Shown here: positions 47,604 through 57,709 of the stretch, piece by piece | Numbering within the stretch: the stretch's first letter is position 1 | Layout: each line of letters opens with the position of its first letter | Assembly: GCA_001303415.1 (NCBI GenBank) | Contig: LJTN01000029.1 | Coordinates: forward strand, 1,156 to 65,155 | Direction: 5' to 3' | Length of the DNA stretch: 64,000 nt | From: Myxococcales bacterium SG8_38 | GTDB lineage: Bacteria > Myxococcota_A > Polyangia > Polyangiales > Houyiibacteriaceae | Made by a program: the position numbers and the translations under genes | Notes under the pieces: model-generated | What the model was told of the DNA's origin: nothing | The model's database searches: none | Seen by the model: only the letters and a program-made list of their open reading frames with translations

Positions 47604-48530
47604 GTGAGGCGGTCATCGGGGTACCGAGCGGGAGTGGCGAAGCCAAAAAAGCAGATAACCGCCGCCCCCAAGGACGTCGGCGAGGCGCTGGCTGAGATCG
47701 AGCAGCCGAAGATGAACTGGAAGGTGCTGGGCCTCATCGGTCTCGCGCTGGCCGTCGTCTGGATCATCGCGGGGATTTTGCAGCCGACGATCGGCTACGT
47801 GGGCTTGATCGTGGCCGGTGTCCTCACGGTCGTGGCCGCAGGATTCTTGGCGTGGGTCTGGCGGCTCACCCGGAAATCGGCTGACATCGCGGCGATTCTA
47901 AAGGGCGCGACCGACAAGGAAAGTCGATTGGCTGCGCTCGAGCAGCTTCGGGCCAGACAGAGCCCCGGAGGCAAGGACGCGCTCAACGCCGTGGCGCAGG
48001 CCCAGCTCGTCGCGCAGGAGGACCCGGCAGAAGCCATCCGAATTCTCGAGGCCATCGACATCAAGAAGGCGCCGGCCGTGGTCCAAGACGACGTGCGCGC
48101 CAACCTGGCCATGTTTTATCTCGTCGCGGGCCGCAGCCGGGACGCACGGGAGCTCGCAAACGAGATCCGCCTCGATCGGCAGCCGCAGGCAAGAGCCAAG
48201 GCGATGTACGCCGCCGTGGTTGCGGAGGCCTTTGCGCGCACCGGCGATGCCGAAGAAGCGCGAAAGCTCCTCGAAACCTACGATCCGAAAGACAAGGAGT
48301 ACGGCCAGGTATCCGGCATGCTTCTTCGTGCGCAGGTCTACACGTACGCAGCGACGAGAAAGCTCGGGCGTGCACGCGAGGCGATGGAGCAGCTCCTCGA
48401 CGTCGACCCCAACATGGTGGCCGCCTTCGTGCAGAAGGGAAACCGGCCAGAGCTGACCCGACTCGCCAAGCAAGTGCTCGCGGAAGCCGGCGCGCTGCCC
48501 AAACAGAAGATGCGCGTGCGCACGCGCTAG
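47604..48530 (+). CDS. Hypothetical membrane protein (two TM helices plus helical/TPR-like C-terminal domain)
   Basis: The TM segments are WKVLGLIGLALAVVWIIAGIL and VGLIVAGVLTVVAAGFLAWVW. The remainder is a helical repeat region. The start is uncertain. Confidence 0.6.
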   Translation: MRRSSGYRAGVAKPKKQITAAPKDVGEALAEIEQPKMNWKVLGLIGLALAVVWIIAGILQPTIGYVGLIVAGVLTVVAAGFLAWVWRLTRKSADIAAILKGATDKESRLAALEQLRARQSPGGKDALNAVAQAQLVAQEDPAEAIRILEAIDIKKAPAVVQDDVRANLAMFYLVAGRSRDARELANEIRLDRQPQARAKAMYAAVVAEAFARTGDAEEARKLLETYDPKDKEYGQVSGMLLRAQVYTYAATRKLGRAREAMEQLLDVDPNMVAAFVQKGNRPELTRLAKQVLAEAGALPKQKMRVRTR

Positions 48531-48536
48531 ACGCGG

Positions 48537-49394
48537 GTGAGCTTGCGTACCTGGACGATTCGGGAGGTTCTCGAGTGGGCGACCGAGGACTTTGCGCGGC
48601 GGGGAATCGAGAGCCCGCGGCTCGATGCCGAGTTGCTCGTCGCCAAGGCGCTCGGCATCGATCGAGTGGGTCTGTATCTCGATTTGAATCGTCCCTTGCT
48701 GGAGCAAGAGCGGGGCCTGATACGTCCGTTGGTGGCTCGGCGACGCGAAGGAGAGCCCGTTGCCTACATCTTGGGTTACCGCGAGTTTTATGCGCGCCGC
48801 TTTTGCGTCACGCCCGACGTCTTGATCCCGCGGCCCGATACGGAGACATTGATCGATCACGCGCTCGCATGCATCCCCGTGGATGCCCCATGTCGCGTGT
48901 TGGACGTGGGCACCGGGAGTGGAGCCATCGCGATCACCATCGCCGCGGAGCGACCGTTGGCGACGGTGACCGCCACCGATCTTTCCGAGGCCGCGCTCAA
49001 GGTGGCGAGGGGCAATGCCGAGACACACGAGGTCGCAGCGCGCATCCGATTCGAGCGCGTCGACCTCGTAGCGAGCGGAGAGCAGTACGACGTGATCCTT
49101 TCGAATCCACCCTACGTGGCGAGGTCGGACATCGAGACGCTGCAGACCGAGGTGCGCGACCACGAGCCGATTGCAGCCCTCGACGGAGGCGAAGACGGCC
49201 TCGACGTGGTGAAAGCGCTGTTGACGGCCACCGAACCTGCCACCGCCCCCGGGGCTCAGATTCTGATCGAGGTCGGACAGGGCCAAGCCCAAAGCGTGCT
49301 CGACTTCGCGATCGAGGAAACCTCTTGGGAGCCCGTGGCCGTCTACAAGGACCTCAATCGAGTCGATCGGGTGGTTCACCTGCGCCGTATCTGA
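48537..49394 (+). CDS. prmC: Release factor glutamine N5-methyltransferase
   Basis: VLIPRPDTE, SAM motif VLDVGTGSGAIAI, and the NPPY motif ILSNPPYV. Confidence 0.9.
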   Translation: MSLRTWTIREVLEWATEDFARRGIESPRLDAELLVAKALGIDRVGLYLDLNRPLLEQERGLIRPLVARRREGEPVAYILGYREFYARRFCVTPDVLIPRPDTETLIDHALACIPVDAPCRVLDVGTGSGAIAITIAAERPLATVTATDLSEAALKVARGNAETHEVAARIRFERVDLVASGEQYDVILSNPPYVARSDIETLQTEVRDHEPIAALDGGEDGLDVVKALLTATEPATAPGAQILIEVGQGQAQSVLDFAIEETSWEPVAVYKDLNRVDRVVHLRRI

Positions 49395-51331
49395 CGGAGC
49401 GCGAGCTCGCTGAAGAGCAGGGTCAGCGCGAGCAAGAGCAGCCAGGGCGCGAGCGGTTGCTCGACTCCCTGCGAGGCGTCTGCTGCGGACACCTCCGCGC
49501 CGGGCTGCTCCTCCGGCGGCGATTGCGAGATCAAATCGCTCTCCCCGGACGGAGCATCGACGACGAACGCAAAGCGCTCGCCACTCACACCATTCACGAG
49601 AACTCGATAGGCTCCGATTTCGCCGGTATCCCGAAACGTGACCCGATCGGCCTCAGGGAGATCCACGGTGCGGCCGGTCGGGGTCACCACTTGAATGCGC
49701 TGGCTCGACGTCGAGCCGGGCAAGGACACCGGCTCGTAGGGCTCGATTGCGTGATCCGTGCGGCCGGCGAGCCTACCCAAGGTGTCGAGAACGAATGGAA
49801 CGAACACGGGTTGGTAAGGCAGATCGGTCCACGCGTCGTCGATCGTCGTCCCAAACATCGCCACGCGCCCGCTGCGATACCGATGCTCCACCATCGCCGG
49901 TGAGCCGTCGCTGAACCGGGCGGTCACGACTGCATCGAGGTCGGTCTCGGCGATCGGTGTGCGAGCCCGCACCTTCGCCTGATCGAGCTCGGGAAGGGTG
50001 TCTGACTTGAAGGTCAACGCCCGCTCTTCCATGCGGGTGGCCGTGTACCGTCCGGGCAGCAGCTCGCGCAGCAAGCTCCCATAGACCCGGGGATTGATGC
50101 GGTCGCCAGCCGTGATCCAAATGCTGCCACCGCCGCTCACGAATCGCTCAATGAGGGGCAGCCATTTCTCTTCGAGCGTGGCGTTTGCCAAGACCACGAC
50201 GTCCGAGCGAATGATCGCGCTTTCGGATAGGTCCTGCGCATCGAGGGTCTCGACGGCGAAGGAGCGTCCGACGAGCGGGGCAACGCCGAGCGCATGGCTC
50301 AAGAAGGCCGTCTCCCTCTTTCGTGGATCGGGATGTGGGTCGCCGTCTACGAGGAGAACGTGAATGGTGTCCGAGCCTAGGAGCACGCCGCGCACGTTGT
50401 CGGCGGGAAGGACGTCATCCGGATCGAGCCGCAGCTCCACGACTGCATCCATGAGCCTGGGCTCGACCACGAGGGTCGCTTCCCCCCGATCGCCCATCCA
50501 CCGAACCGGCGCCCTTTGCGTCTCTTGTCCTTTCTGCCGCAGGCGGATCTTCTGCGGAACCTCGGTGCCGCTGCCCTCAATCTGGACGTCGAGCCGCACG
50601 CCTTCGGCCGGTTCCGATTCCGGAGTCACGTCGACTCGCGCGATCCGGCGATTGTCGGGACTGGGCGTGGAAACCACCTCGAACCCGACGCGAATGCCGC
50701 GGCTCGGCCATTCGCACTCGTCGGCGCGCGCGCCGGGCGTGAAGTCGGATATCACCAGCAGGCGGCGGTCGGCGAGCTCGCTCTCGAGCAGAAGCTCCAC
50801 CGCGGATTGCACCGCTTCGCACAAGGCGCCGGCACGGGTCGAGCGCGCGTCCACCTCGCGCAACGCATGCTCGATCAGGTCGAGCTCGGAACGTCTTCTC
50901 ACCCAGACGCGGGGCGGGTTCCCCGCGAGGACGATCGACGCCTCAGAGCCCTCCGGAAGCTTGCCGATCTGCTCCATCGACAGCTCGGCGGCGCGCTCGA
51001 TGAGCGTCTTGCCCTCGTGTATGGCCGCCATCGACAACGAATCGTCGAACACCACGGCGAGCGCATGCTGACGATCGAGGAGACTCGAGTGGACCACGCG
51101 GTAGGGCGCCGCCGCTACCAGCACGAGGGCCGCCACGAGCAACACGCGGATGACGAGCAACAGCCAGTCGACCACCCGGAGCCGGGCTGCCCGCGTGGCG
51201 TGGATCCGTTGCAGAAACGCGATCGTTGGCAGGGTCTGCTGCGGCAGCTTTTGGCGCCGCAACAGGTGCGCCGCGATCGGAATCCCAATCGCAACCATTG
51301 CGGCGAGGGCCCATGGAAGACCGAATCCCAC
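49376..51331 (-). CDS. BatA_N-domain / vWA-like membrane protein
   Basis: The N-terminus MGFGLPWALAAMVAIGIPIAAHLLRR (aerotolerance-regulator N-terminal type) is followed by a second TM helix, a MIDAS-like motif AVVFDDSLSMA, and a C-terminal TM helix. Confidence 0.7.
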   Translation of the reverse strand: MGFGLPWALAAMVAIGIPIAAHLLRRQKLPQQTLPTIAFLQRIHATRAARLRVVDWLLLVIRVLLVAALVLVAAAPYRVVHSSLLDRQHALAVVFDDSLSMAAIHEGKTLIERAAELSMEQIGKLPEGSEASIVLAGNPPRVWVRRRSELDLIEHALREVDARSTRAGALCEAVQSAVELLLESELADRRLLVISDFTPGARADECEWPSRGIRVGFEVVSTPSPDNRRIARVDVTPESEPAEGVRLDVQIEGSGTEVPQKIRLRQKGQETQRAPVRWMGDRGEATLVVEPRLMDAVVELRLDPDDVLPADNVRGVLLGSDTIHVLLVDGDPHPDPRKRETAFLSHALGVAPLVGRSFAVETLDAQDLSESAIIRSDVVVLANATLEEKWLPLIERFVSGGGSIWITAGDRINPRVYGSLLRELLPGRYTATRMEERALTFKSDTLPELDQAKVRARTPIAETDLDAVVTARFSDGSPAMVEHRYRSGRVAMFGTTIDDAWTDLPYQPVFVPFVLDTLGRLAGRTDHAIEPYEPVSLPGSTSSQRIQVVTPTGRTVDLPEADRVTFRDTGEIGAYRVLVNGVSGERFAFVVDAPSGESDLISQSPPEEQPGAEVSAADASQGVEQPLAPWLLLLALTLLFSELALRQIRRR

Positions 51332-51334
51332 GGC

Positions 51335-52113
51335 TCAAGCCTCCCGTAGCAACTGGAGCAAGGTATGCTCGGGCGGGGTATCCGTCCTCGCGAGCATGTA
51401 TCGCCCTCCCGCGGCGACGATGCGGGCTTGGCACGAAGCCACGAACTGATCGATCGCCTCGCGGTAGCGCCTTCGAATGCCCTCTGGATCCACCTCCACC
51501 GGGCTTTCGCCCTCGAGCCCCTCGAAACGCATCGGATGCTCGAATGGCAGCTCGAGCTCCGCGGGATCGAGCACGTGAAGCACGATGGTTTGATGACCCC
51601 GCGCCTGCAGCCGCGCGATTGGCTCGAGGGCGGAGTCTTCGAGATCGAGCAGGTCGCTCGCGACGACCACCAGCCCCATTCGTCCAGCGTGCTCGATCAG
51701 CTTGTCGAGAGATTCGTGTAGAGCGGTCTTGCCCTCCGGAGCGGATGGCTGAGCCAAGACTCGCATCAAGTAGTCGAGATGTGCTGCTCCGGAGCGCGGA
51801 GGCACCCGATCGCGGACCGTTTCGTCGAACGTGATCAGGGACACGGCGTCTCCCTGACGCGTCAGCACGTAGGCAAGGGCGGCCAGCAACGTGGCGGCGT
51901 GATCGAGCTTGCTTAGGTCTTTGCTGCCCCAGTGCATCGACCGCGAGATATCGAGCGCCAGCGTGCCCCGAAGCTGCGTTTCGTGCTCGAAATGCTTGAT
52001 GGTGTACCGGTCGGATCATGCATCCCGGCGAGAAGCCCATCGACGGTCCGCTTCGCCCGGAGCGTCAATCCCGCCAGGCGTACCGCGAGCTCGGGTTCGA
52101 GCACATGGGTCAC
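51335..52113 (-). pseudogene. DUF58-family gene disrupted by an internal deletion plus frameshift
   Basis: The GTG 52113 frame gives MTHVLEPELAVRLAGLTLRAKRTVDGLLAGMH, then nonsense. A second frame from 52015 gives SDRYTIKHFEHETQLRGTLALDISRSMHWGS... to 51335. The conserved segment normally between these parts (about 30 aa ending in ..IDW...AR) is missing. The total of 779 nt is not a multiple of 3. Confidence 0.75.
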
Positions 52114-53141
52114 GGCTCGATGCTTTGCCTTATGCCTTCGATCACGTCTGCGGGCGTCACCCCTTCGGCTTCCGCGCGAAAATTCATGACGAGGCGGTGA
52201 GTCAAGATGGGCTGCACCAGCGCGCGCACGTCTTCGATCTCCGCGGCGTATCGGCCATGCAGGATCGCCCTCGCTTTGGCCCCCAATACCAGGCCCTGAC
52301 TCGCACGCGGACCTGCGCCGAACGCCACGTTCTTTCGCACGATGTCGGGAGCCTTTCGGTCCTCGGGCCGGGACGCCCGCACGAGCGCAACGGCGTGCTG
52401 CACGACGTGGTCCGCAACCGGAACGCGGGGCACCAAATCCTGAAAGCCGATGATGTCCCGGGCCGACAGCACGGGCGTGACCGTCGTGGGCATGGGCGCA
52501 GTGGTGCGCTTCACGATTTCGATCTCCTCGTGCTGGCTCGGATATCGAACGTCGATTTGAAAGAGGAACCGGTCGAGCTGCGCCTCGGGAAGAGGATAGG
52601 TGCCCTCCTGCTCGATAGGGTTCTGCGTTGCGAAGACCAAGTATGGCTGCTCCAGAGCATAGGTGTTGCCGCTAGCGGTCACTTGCCCTTCGGCCATGGA
52701 TTGCAGCAGCGCAGCCTGCGTCTTGGGTGGCGCCCGGTTTATCTCGTCCGCCAGCAGGATGTTGGTGAACACCGGACCCGGGATGAACCGAAAGTGACGC
52801 CGGCCCGTGCTCGAATCTTCCTCGAGCACATCCGTGCCGGTCACGTCGCTCGGCATCAGATCCGGCGTGAACTGAATGCGGTTCGAGTGAAGGGACAGTG
52901 CATCGGCCAGCGTGGTGATGAGCAGCGTCTTGGCCAGACCGGGCACGCCTACGAAGAGCCCGTGACCGCGAGCGAACAAGGCGATGAGCAGCAGCTCGAT
53001 CACGTCTTCCTGGCCGATGATCCGTTGCCTGAGCCGGGCGACGATTTCATCACGCGCGCTCGCGAGCTGTTGGACCCGAACCACGTCGGACGGGGGGCTG
53101 CTCGGCGCTGCAGATTGTGTGCTACGTACGGGTTCGTTCAC
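52110..53141 (-). CDS. MoxR-family AAA+ ATPase
   Basis: IIGQEDVIELLLIALFARGHGLFVGVPGLAKT (Walker A), LLADEINRAPPKTQAALL (Walker B/sensor) and ATQNPIEQEGTYPLPEAQLDRF. Confidence 0.9.
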   Translation of the reverse strand: MNEPVRSTQSAAPSSPPSDVVRVQQLASARDEIVARLRQRIIGQEDVIELLLIALFARGHGLFVGVPGLAKTLLITTLADALSLHSNRIQFTPDLMPSDVTGTDVLEEDSSTGRRHFRFIPGPVFTNILLADEINRAPPKTQAALLQSMAEGQVTASGNTYALEQPYLVFATQNPIEQEGTYPLPEAQLDRFLFQIDVRYPSQHEEIEIVKRTTAPMPTTVTPVLSARDIIGFQDLVPRVPVADHVVQHAVALVRASRPEDRKAPDIVRKNVAFGAGPRASQGLVLGAKARAILHGRYAAEIEDVRALVQPILTHRLVMNFRAEAEGVTPADVIEGIRQSIEP

Positions 53142-53178
53142 GGGGACCTCTTAGCGCTTGGATACCGGGATCGCCACA

Positions 53179-54729
53179 CTACTCGCGGAGCCCGCCTAGC
53201 CTCGAGCACAACGCCTCCTCGTGATAGGCATGTGGAAGGGGAAGCTTCGACAAGATGCAATGGGGTTGAGGGTCGAATGGATTCTGGGCGATCGCCTGCT
53301 CGGCTGCCTCCCTGGCGGGGCCGAAATTGGAAACGCGGAACTGCGCCGTGGCCAGGCTGGAAAGCGCCGGGGCATGCGTCGGATAGCGCGACAGGGTGCG
53401 CATGAGTGGCGCCAGGGCGTCCCGCGGCCTGTTTCCCGCGATCGCTGAACGGGCGTAGCGTGAGGCGACCACCGGATCGTCGGGCGCCACCTGGTGAGCC
53501 TTGGCGTACTCGACCGACGCCGCTGCAGGCCTCGAACGGGTCCACAGCAGGTCGCCCAGGCGAAGGTGGTCGCGGGCGCGGTCCAGCTCCACGCCAGCGA
53601 GCTCGTCTTGCTCGGTAGCCTCGCCGCTCAGATAGCGAGGCAACAGTCTGGCCGGCGGCGACCTCGGCTCGTCTGCCAGCTTCTTCTTCCAGCGCTTCTC
53701 GAGACCCTTCCACGAAACCCCCGAAACACGGGCGAGCGCCTCTCTGGCGTCCTGCCCGCCGCCGATTCGATCGAGGCTCTTTTGAACCCCTTCGGCCCCG
53801 AACGCTTCGTAGTAGGCGGCGATGAACGAGGAGACCTGGGCAAACGCGAGCGACGCCAGCTTCTGCGTCGGCAGCAACGCAATCGACGGGTGCAGCTGAT
53901 CGAAATCCAGAAGCTCGTTGGATTCGAGGGCCTCGTGCAGCAATTGGCTCGATGCGGGGTCGTGACGTAACGATGGCTGGTCCTGCCTCCATCGCGTCTC
54001 GAGGAACTTGGCGAGCCCTTCCTGAAGCCAAACCGGGGCGCGGTCGAGCGTTGCCTTGGTCAGCACCAGATGGATGTACTCGTGCGCGATGGTATCGAGC
54101 CAGGGGTAGCCATGCATGAGCGCGCGGGGGGACGCGATCATCAGGCGGCCCCACTTGCACAAAGCGACCGTCCCGGTGTTGCGAATGGCTTCGACCGACA
54201 AGGTGGACACCTGCGACAGCGAATCGGCATCCGGATAGATCTCGAGACGAACCGGGCTGACCATCTTCACGCCGAGCTCGAGCTCGATCGCCGAGGCCAC
54301 GGCCTTGAGCGTATCGACTGCGTAAGGGACGAGGATCTCGTCTTCTCCCGGGGAGTAACGGACTTCGAAGTTGTCGTGCGTGAACGTCTCGTAACCCTTC
54401 GTCGTTTCGTAGGTTCGCACGATCACGTCCGCCAGCGCGCCGAGATTGTTGGCGCTAGAGCCCTCGCGCAGCTCCGCGACGCCCGCCGCGGCGGCCTCGT
54501 ATTCGCCTGCAAAGTAGTCGGCCAGCACCTCGAGCTCCACGATTCGCGACGTTCGCGGATAGCGCTCGAGGTACCGCGCCACCAGCACTTGCGCGGGAAC
54601 GCCTTCGCCAGCCGCAAGCGATGCCTCGAGCAAATCCAGCACCTCGGTCCCCGTGGCTTCGTCGGCGGGGGCGGAAGTCGGCAGGGAGCCGAGCAACAAG
54701 AAGAGGCCTACGAGGACGATGGGTCTCAT
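53179..54729 (-). CDS. Secreted HExxH (peptidase MA-like) protein with C-terminal TPR repeats
   Basis: Signal peptide MRPIVLVGLFLLLGSLPTSAPA. The candidate zinc site is IAHEYIHLV with a downstream WLQEGLAKFLE. The C-terminal TPR-like helices include LRLGDLLW...YAKAHQVAPDDP. Confidence 0.65.
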   Translation of the reverse strand: MRPIVLVGLFLLLGSLPTSAPADEATGTEVLDLLEASLAAGEGVPAQVLVARYLERYPRTSRIVELEVLADYFAGEYEAAAAGVAELREGSSANNLGALADVIVRTYETTKGYETFTHDNFEVRYSPGEDEILVPYAVDTLKAVASAIELELGVKMVSPVRLEIYPDADSLSQVSTLSVEAIRNTGTVALCKWGRLMIASPRALMHGYPWLDTIAHEYIHLVLTKATLDRAPVWLQEGLAKFLETRWRQDQPSLRHDPASSQLLHEALESNELLDFDQLHPSIALLPTQKLASLAFAQVSSFIAAYYEAFGAEGVQKSLDRIGGGQDAREALARVSGVSWKGLEKRWKKKLADEPRSPPARLLPRYLSGEATEQDELAGVELDRARDHLRLGDLLWTRSRPAAASVEYAKAHQVAPDDPVVASRYARSAIAGNRPRDALAPLMRTLSRYPTHAPALSSLATAQFRVSNFGPAREAAEQAIAQNPFDPQPHCILSKLPLPHAYHEEALCSRLGGLRE

Positions 54730-57653
54730 CGCAAGAGCCTTTCGTAGTAGTCATCGACGGCCTGTTGGTAGCCCTCGGGTGGTTTGCCGTTCATCGCATC
54801 GAGCACGCGGCGCCGCCATGCGAGCTCGTCGGCCTTCGATCGTGCGCCCGGAATCTCGACTCGTTCGTGCGCGCGCATCCCGGTTGCACTTTCCTCTCCG
54901 CCGGTTCCTGCCGACCCTCTCTGCTGAGACTCGAGATGCTGCCGCAGCCGCCGGAGCTGATCGGCAGCGGCCTCCTGCTGTTTGTGCGCTTCGAGCGGAT
55001 CGCCCTCCGCCAAGGCGCTTGCCGCGCGACGCATGGGTGCTTCGATGGACTCGAGCTGCTCGGCCGCCTGCTCGGACACCGGCACGCCGCCGACTTCCTC
55101 GCGGAGCCTGCGGGCGAGCTGATGTGTCGCCTCTCGTGCTGCTTCTTGATCGCCGGCCTGTCTCTCGAGCTGTTGCCGCTCCTGCTCGGTGAGTGAGCCT
55201 GCTATGTCGGGGACCGAGCCCTGGGCGGCCTGCTGCAGATCCTGCGCCCGCGCCGCCGCTTCTCGCGCCTGCGCTGCAGCCTCTGCCGTTTGACCGCCAC
55301 GCCCCCGGAACATCATCGCCGAGAGCTCGAGGTCCTTGGCCAGCGCGTTGGCAGCGCCCGCCAAACGATTGGCCATGGAGAGAGCTTCGCCGAGATCGCC
55401 CCCCTTGAGCGCTTCCTGGAAGTCCCTGACGCGCTCTTGTGCGCGCCCGCGGAGGTCGGACTCGTAGGGACCAAGAGCCTCGTCACTGAGGCCGCCGAGC
55501 AGCTCCGAAACTTCCCTCGCCATCTTCTCGAGTTGCTCGCGGATCCCGTCTCCGAACGAGTCTGTTTCGGCAGATGCACGTTCTACGGCCTTGTCGCCGA
55601 CGCGACGCGCCTTTTCGGCCATGCGCTTTTGCTCGACCTCGAGGTCGCGAATCGTGTCCATGGCCTCCATCAATGCCCGTTCACGCGGACCAAACCGGGC
55701 CTCGACCAACGACTCTTCACTCTGCGCAAGCGCTTGCGCCATGGCTTCGATGGTCTGATCCAGCTTCATCAGCGCCGCCTCGGCGGCGTCTAGGTCGCCT
55801 TTTGCAAGCGCCTCGCGGACGCTGCGAAGCGCGTCGGTCGACTCGCTCGCCTGCCGGGATTGTCGGTTGACGAACTCTCCGGGGACGTAACGCATGGCCT
55901 CGCGAAGACGCTGCTTGAGAGCCTCCATCCGCCGCTCCGCCCGGTCGAGCGCGGCCATCAGCGCCCGCTGAAGCTCCAGCGTCTGCTCCCTGCGCAGCTC
56001 GCTGATGAGAGACGCAATCTCGCGCCGCAGCTGCTGCATTTCGCGCGCAATCTCGGCCGCATCGTCGAGGCGCGCCTCGCTGATGAGATCGGCGACGAGC
56101 AGGCTGTCTTTTTCCAACTCTGCGACGATGATTTGGTCCTGGCGCTCCCGTTGGCTCGGATGGGTGCCGTCCCGATACATCTGCTCCTCTCGCTCGTGCT
56201 TTCGCTCCAGGCGCTTTTTCATGTCGAGAAGCAGCGGAATGGTGCGCGGGCCTCGATGATCGCCCAAGCTGGACAGCAGGCCCATCACTCCGCGGTAGGG
56301 GACCATGGCCAGGCTTCGACGCTCGCGCGCTTGGGGAAGAGCCTTCGGAAGGGGGCGTTCGAGCCTCACGGCAAGCGTCCCTAACAGCGCATCCAACAGC
56401 TTCTCCAGCTCCGCGATGCTGTCACGCCGCCTCGTGATCTCGGACGCGAGAGTCAACGTGCGCTCTGCAGAGCGTCCCACTCCTGGTCCGTCCACTCGGT
56501 TGCCGTCCTTCGCTTCCAGCCAAACCGTCACCGCATCGGCGGGAGCGAGCGAAAATTCCTCCAAGCGAAGCACCGTCTCTTCGTAGTGCTCCACGCGCGC
56601 CTCGTCCGATGGGGTGATGATCGGCCGCCGGAGGTGCTCACCGTTTGGCAGCTTGATGATGAGGGTCAGCTCCTGGATGCCGTAGTCGTCGGTCGTGCTG
56701 TGTTGAAGGAGGATGGGTTGCCGCTCCTCGGCGATCAAATCCTGCTCCGGCGCGATCATCTTCACCTGAGGAGGCTCGTCTAGCTGCACCCGGATCGAGC
56801 GGGCACGGTAGTCCACACGCCGCTCTCCGCGAGTGGACTCGACGTATATTTCGAAGGGCCCGTCGCTGTCGGCGACGAACGAGGCGATGAACCCGTCTCC
56901 GGCCCGGGTCGCCTCGACGTGCCGTCCGGGTAGCTCCACGACGACTCGGGCGGCATTTCCAATCGGCGTGACCGAGTACTCGACGGCCGTTCCCCGCGGA
57001 ACGACCAGATGGTCGGCATCCCCGGCCCGCTCGTTGGGGCGAGCCATGTAATCGGGGTAGTGGAGCTCGGCGTCCGTGCGGGCCACGACGTGACCGGTGC
57101 TCGCCCCCTCGATGATGCCAGGGTCGGGATGGAGCAGTGCGTAGCGACCTGCAGCCGCCCGGTCGAAGCCAAGTGACCACCATCCGACGGCAGCCAAAAC
57201 CAAGGTCACGGCAAGGACCGGTTGCCCGAGCCAGCCCCAGGGAATGAATTTCCGCGCCGGGGAGCTCTCGAGCGAACGGAGCAAACCGAGCCGTTGTGCG
57301 ACGACCAGCTCTCGGGAAAACGACTGCTCCGCTTGAAGCTCGTATGCGCTTTGCAACGGGGAGAGCAGGGACGGCTGTTGGGTCGCGACCAGAGCGAGCG
57401 CACCGTGTCCGCGAAGCCGGAGCAGCGGTTGGATGGACCATGCCACCGCCGCCGCAATCATGCCGAACACCAGAGCCCAGCCGATGCACAGCCACACGAA
57501 GGGCGTCATGGGGCCCAGCAGCCATGCAACCAGCACGAAGGCGATCAACCCGACCGCGACTGCAGAAGCGGCAATCCGCGCCGCCATCACGGCGGCGGCA
57601 GCCACGCGCAACTGTCGGCGATAGCTCGTCAACCTATCGGTCGTGGAACCCAC
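54726..57653 (-). CDS. Large membrane protein, DUF4175-like (N-terminal TM helices, beta-rich middle, long coiled coil)
   Basis: At least three N-terminal TM helices and an extended Glu/Arg/Ala/Leu coiled coil. The C-terminus is PPEGYQQAVDDYYERLLR. ATGA overlap with the downstream HExxH gene. The DUF4175 assignment is from memory of the family and was not tested. Confidence 0.55.
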   Translation of the reverse strand: MGSTTDRLTSYRRQLRVAAAAVMAARIAASAVAVGLIAFVLVAWLLGPMTPFVWLCIGWALVFGMIAAAVAWSIQPLLRLRGHGALALVATQQPSLLSPLQSAYELQAEQSFSRELVVAQRLGLLRSLESSPARKFIPWGWLGQPVLAVTLVLAAVGWWSLGFDRAAAGRYALLHPDPGIIEGASTGHVVARTDAELHYPDYMARPNERAGDADHLVVPRGTAVEYSVTPIGNAARVVVELPGRHVEATRAGDGFIASFVADSDGPFEIYVESTRGERRVDYRARSIRVQLDEPPQVKMIAPEQDLIAEERQPILLQHSTTDDYGIQELTLIIKLPNGEHLRRPIITPSDEARVEHYEETVLRLEEFSLAPADAVTVWLEAKDGNRVDGPGVGRSAERTLTLASEITRRRDSIAELEKLLDALLGTLAVRLERPLPKALPQARERRSLAMVPYRGVMGLLSSLGDHRGPRTIPLLLDMKKRLERKHEREEQMYRDGTHPSQRERQDQIIVAELEKDSLLVADLISEARLDDAAEIAREMQQLRREIASLISELRREQTLELQRALMAALDRAERRMEALKQRLREAMRYVPGEFVNRQSRQASESTDALRSVREALAKGDLDAAEAALMKLDQTIEAMAQALAQSEESLVEARFGPRERALMEAMDTIRDLEVEQKRMAEKARRVGDKAVERASAETDSFGDGIREQLEKMAREVSELLGGLSDEALGPYESDLRGRAQERVRDFQEALKGGDLGEALSMANRLAGAANALAKDLELSAMMFRGRGGQTAEAAAQAREAAARAQDLQQAAQGSVPDIAGSLTEQERQQLERQAGDQEAAREATHQLARRLREEVGGVPVSEQAAEQLESIEAPMRRAASALAEGDPLEAHKQQEAAADQLRRLRQHLESQQRGSAGTGGEESATGMRAHERVEIPGARSKADELAWRRRVLDAMNGKPPEGYQQAVDDYYERLLR

Positions 57654-57709
57654 CTTGCAATCGTAGCAGCCGAGCCCACACGTACAGGCTCCTTTTTGGG
57701 GCAGGCCTC

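Noticed and set aside
47898-49379. 493-aa minus-strand ORF spanning the membrane-protein gene and prmC. A similar case is 51909..53405 plus, opposite moxR.
   Set aside because: It crosses two well-supported plus-strand genes, including the prmC NPPY and SAM motifs, and is a shadow ORF.
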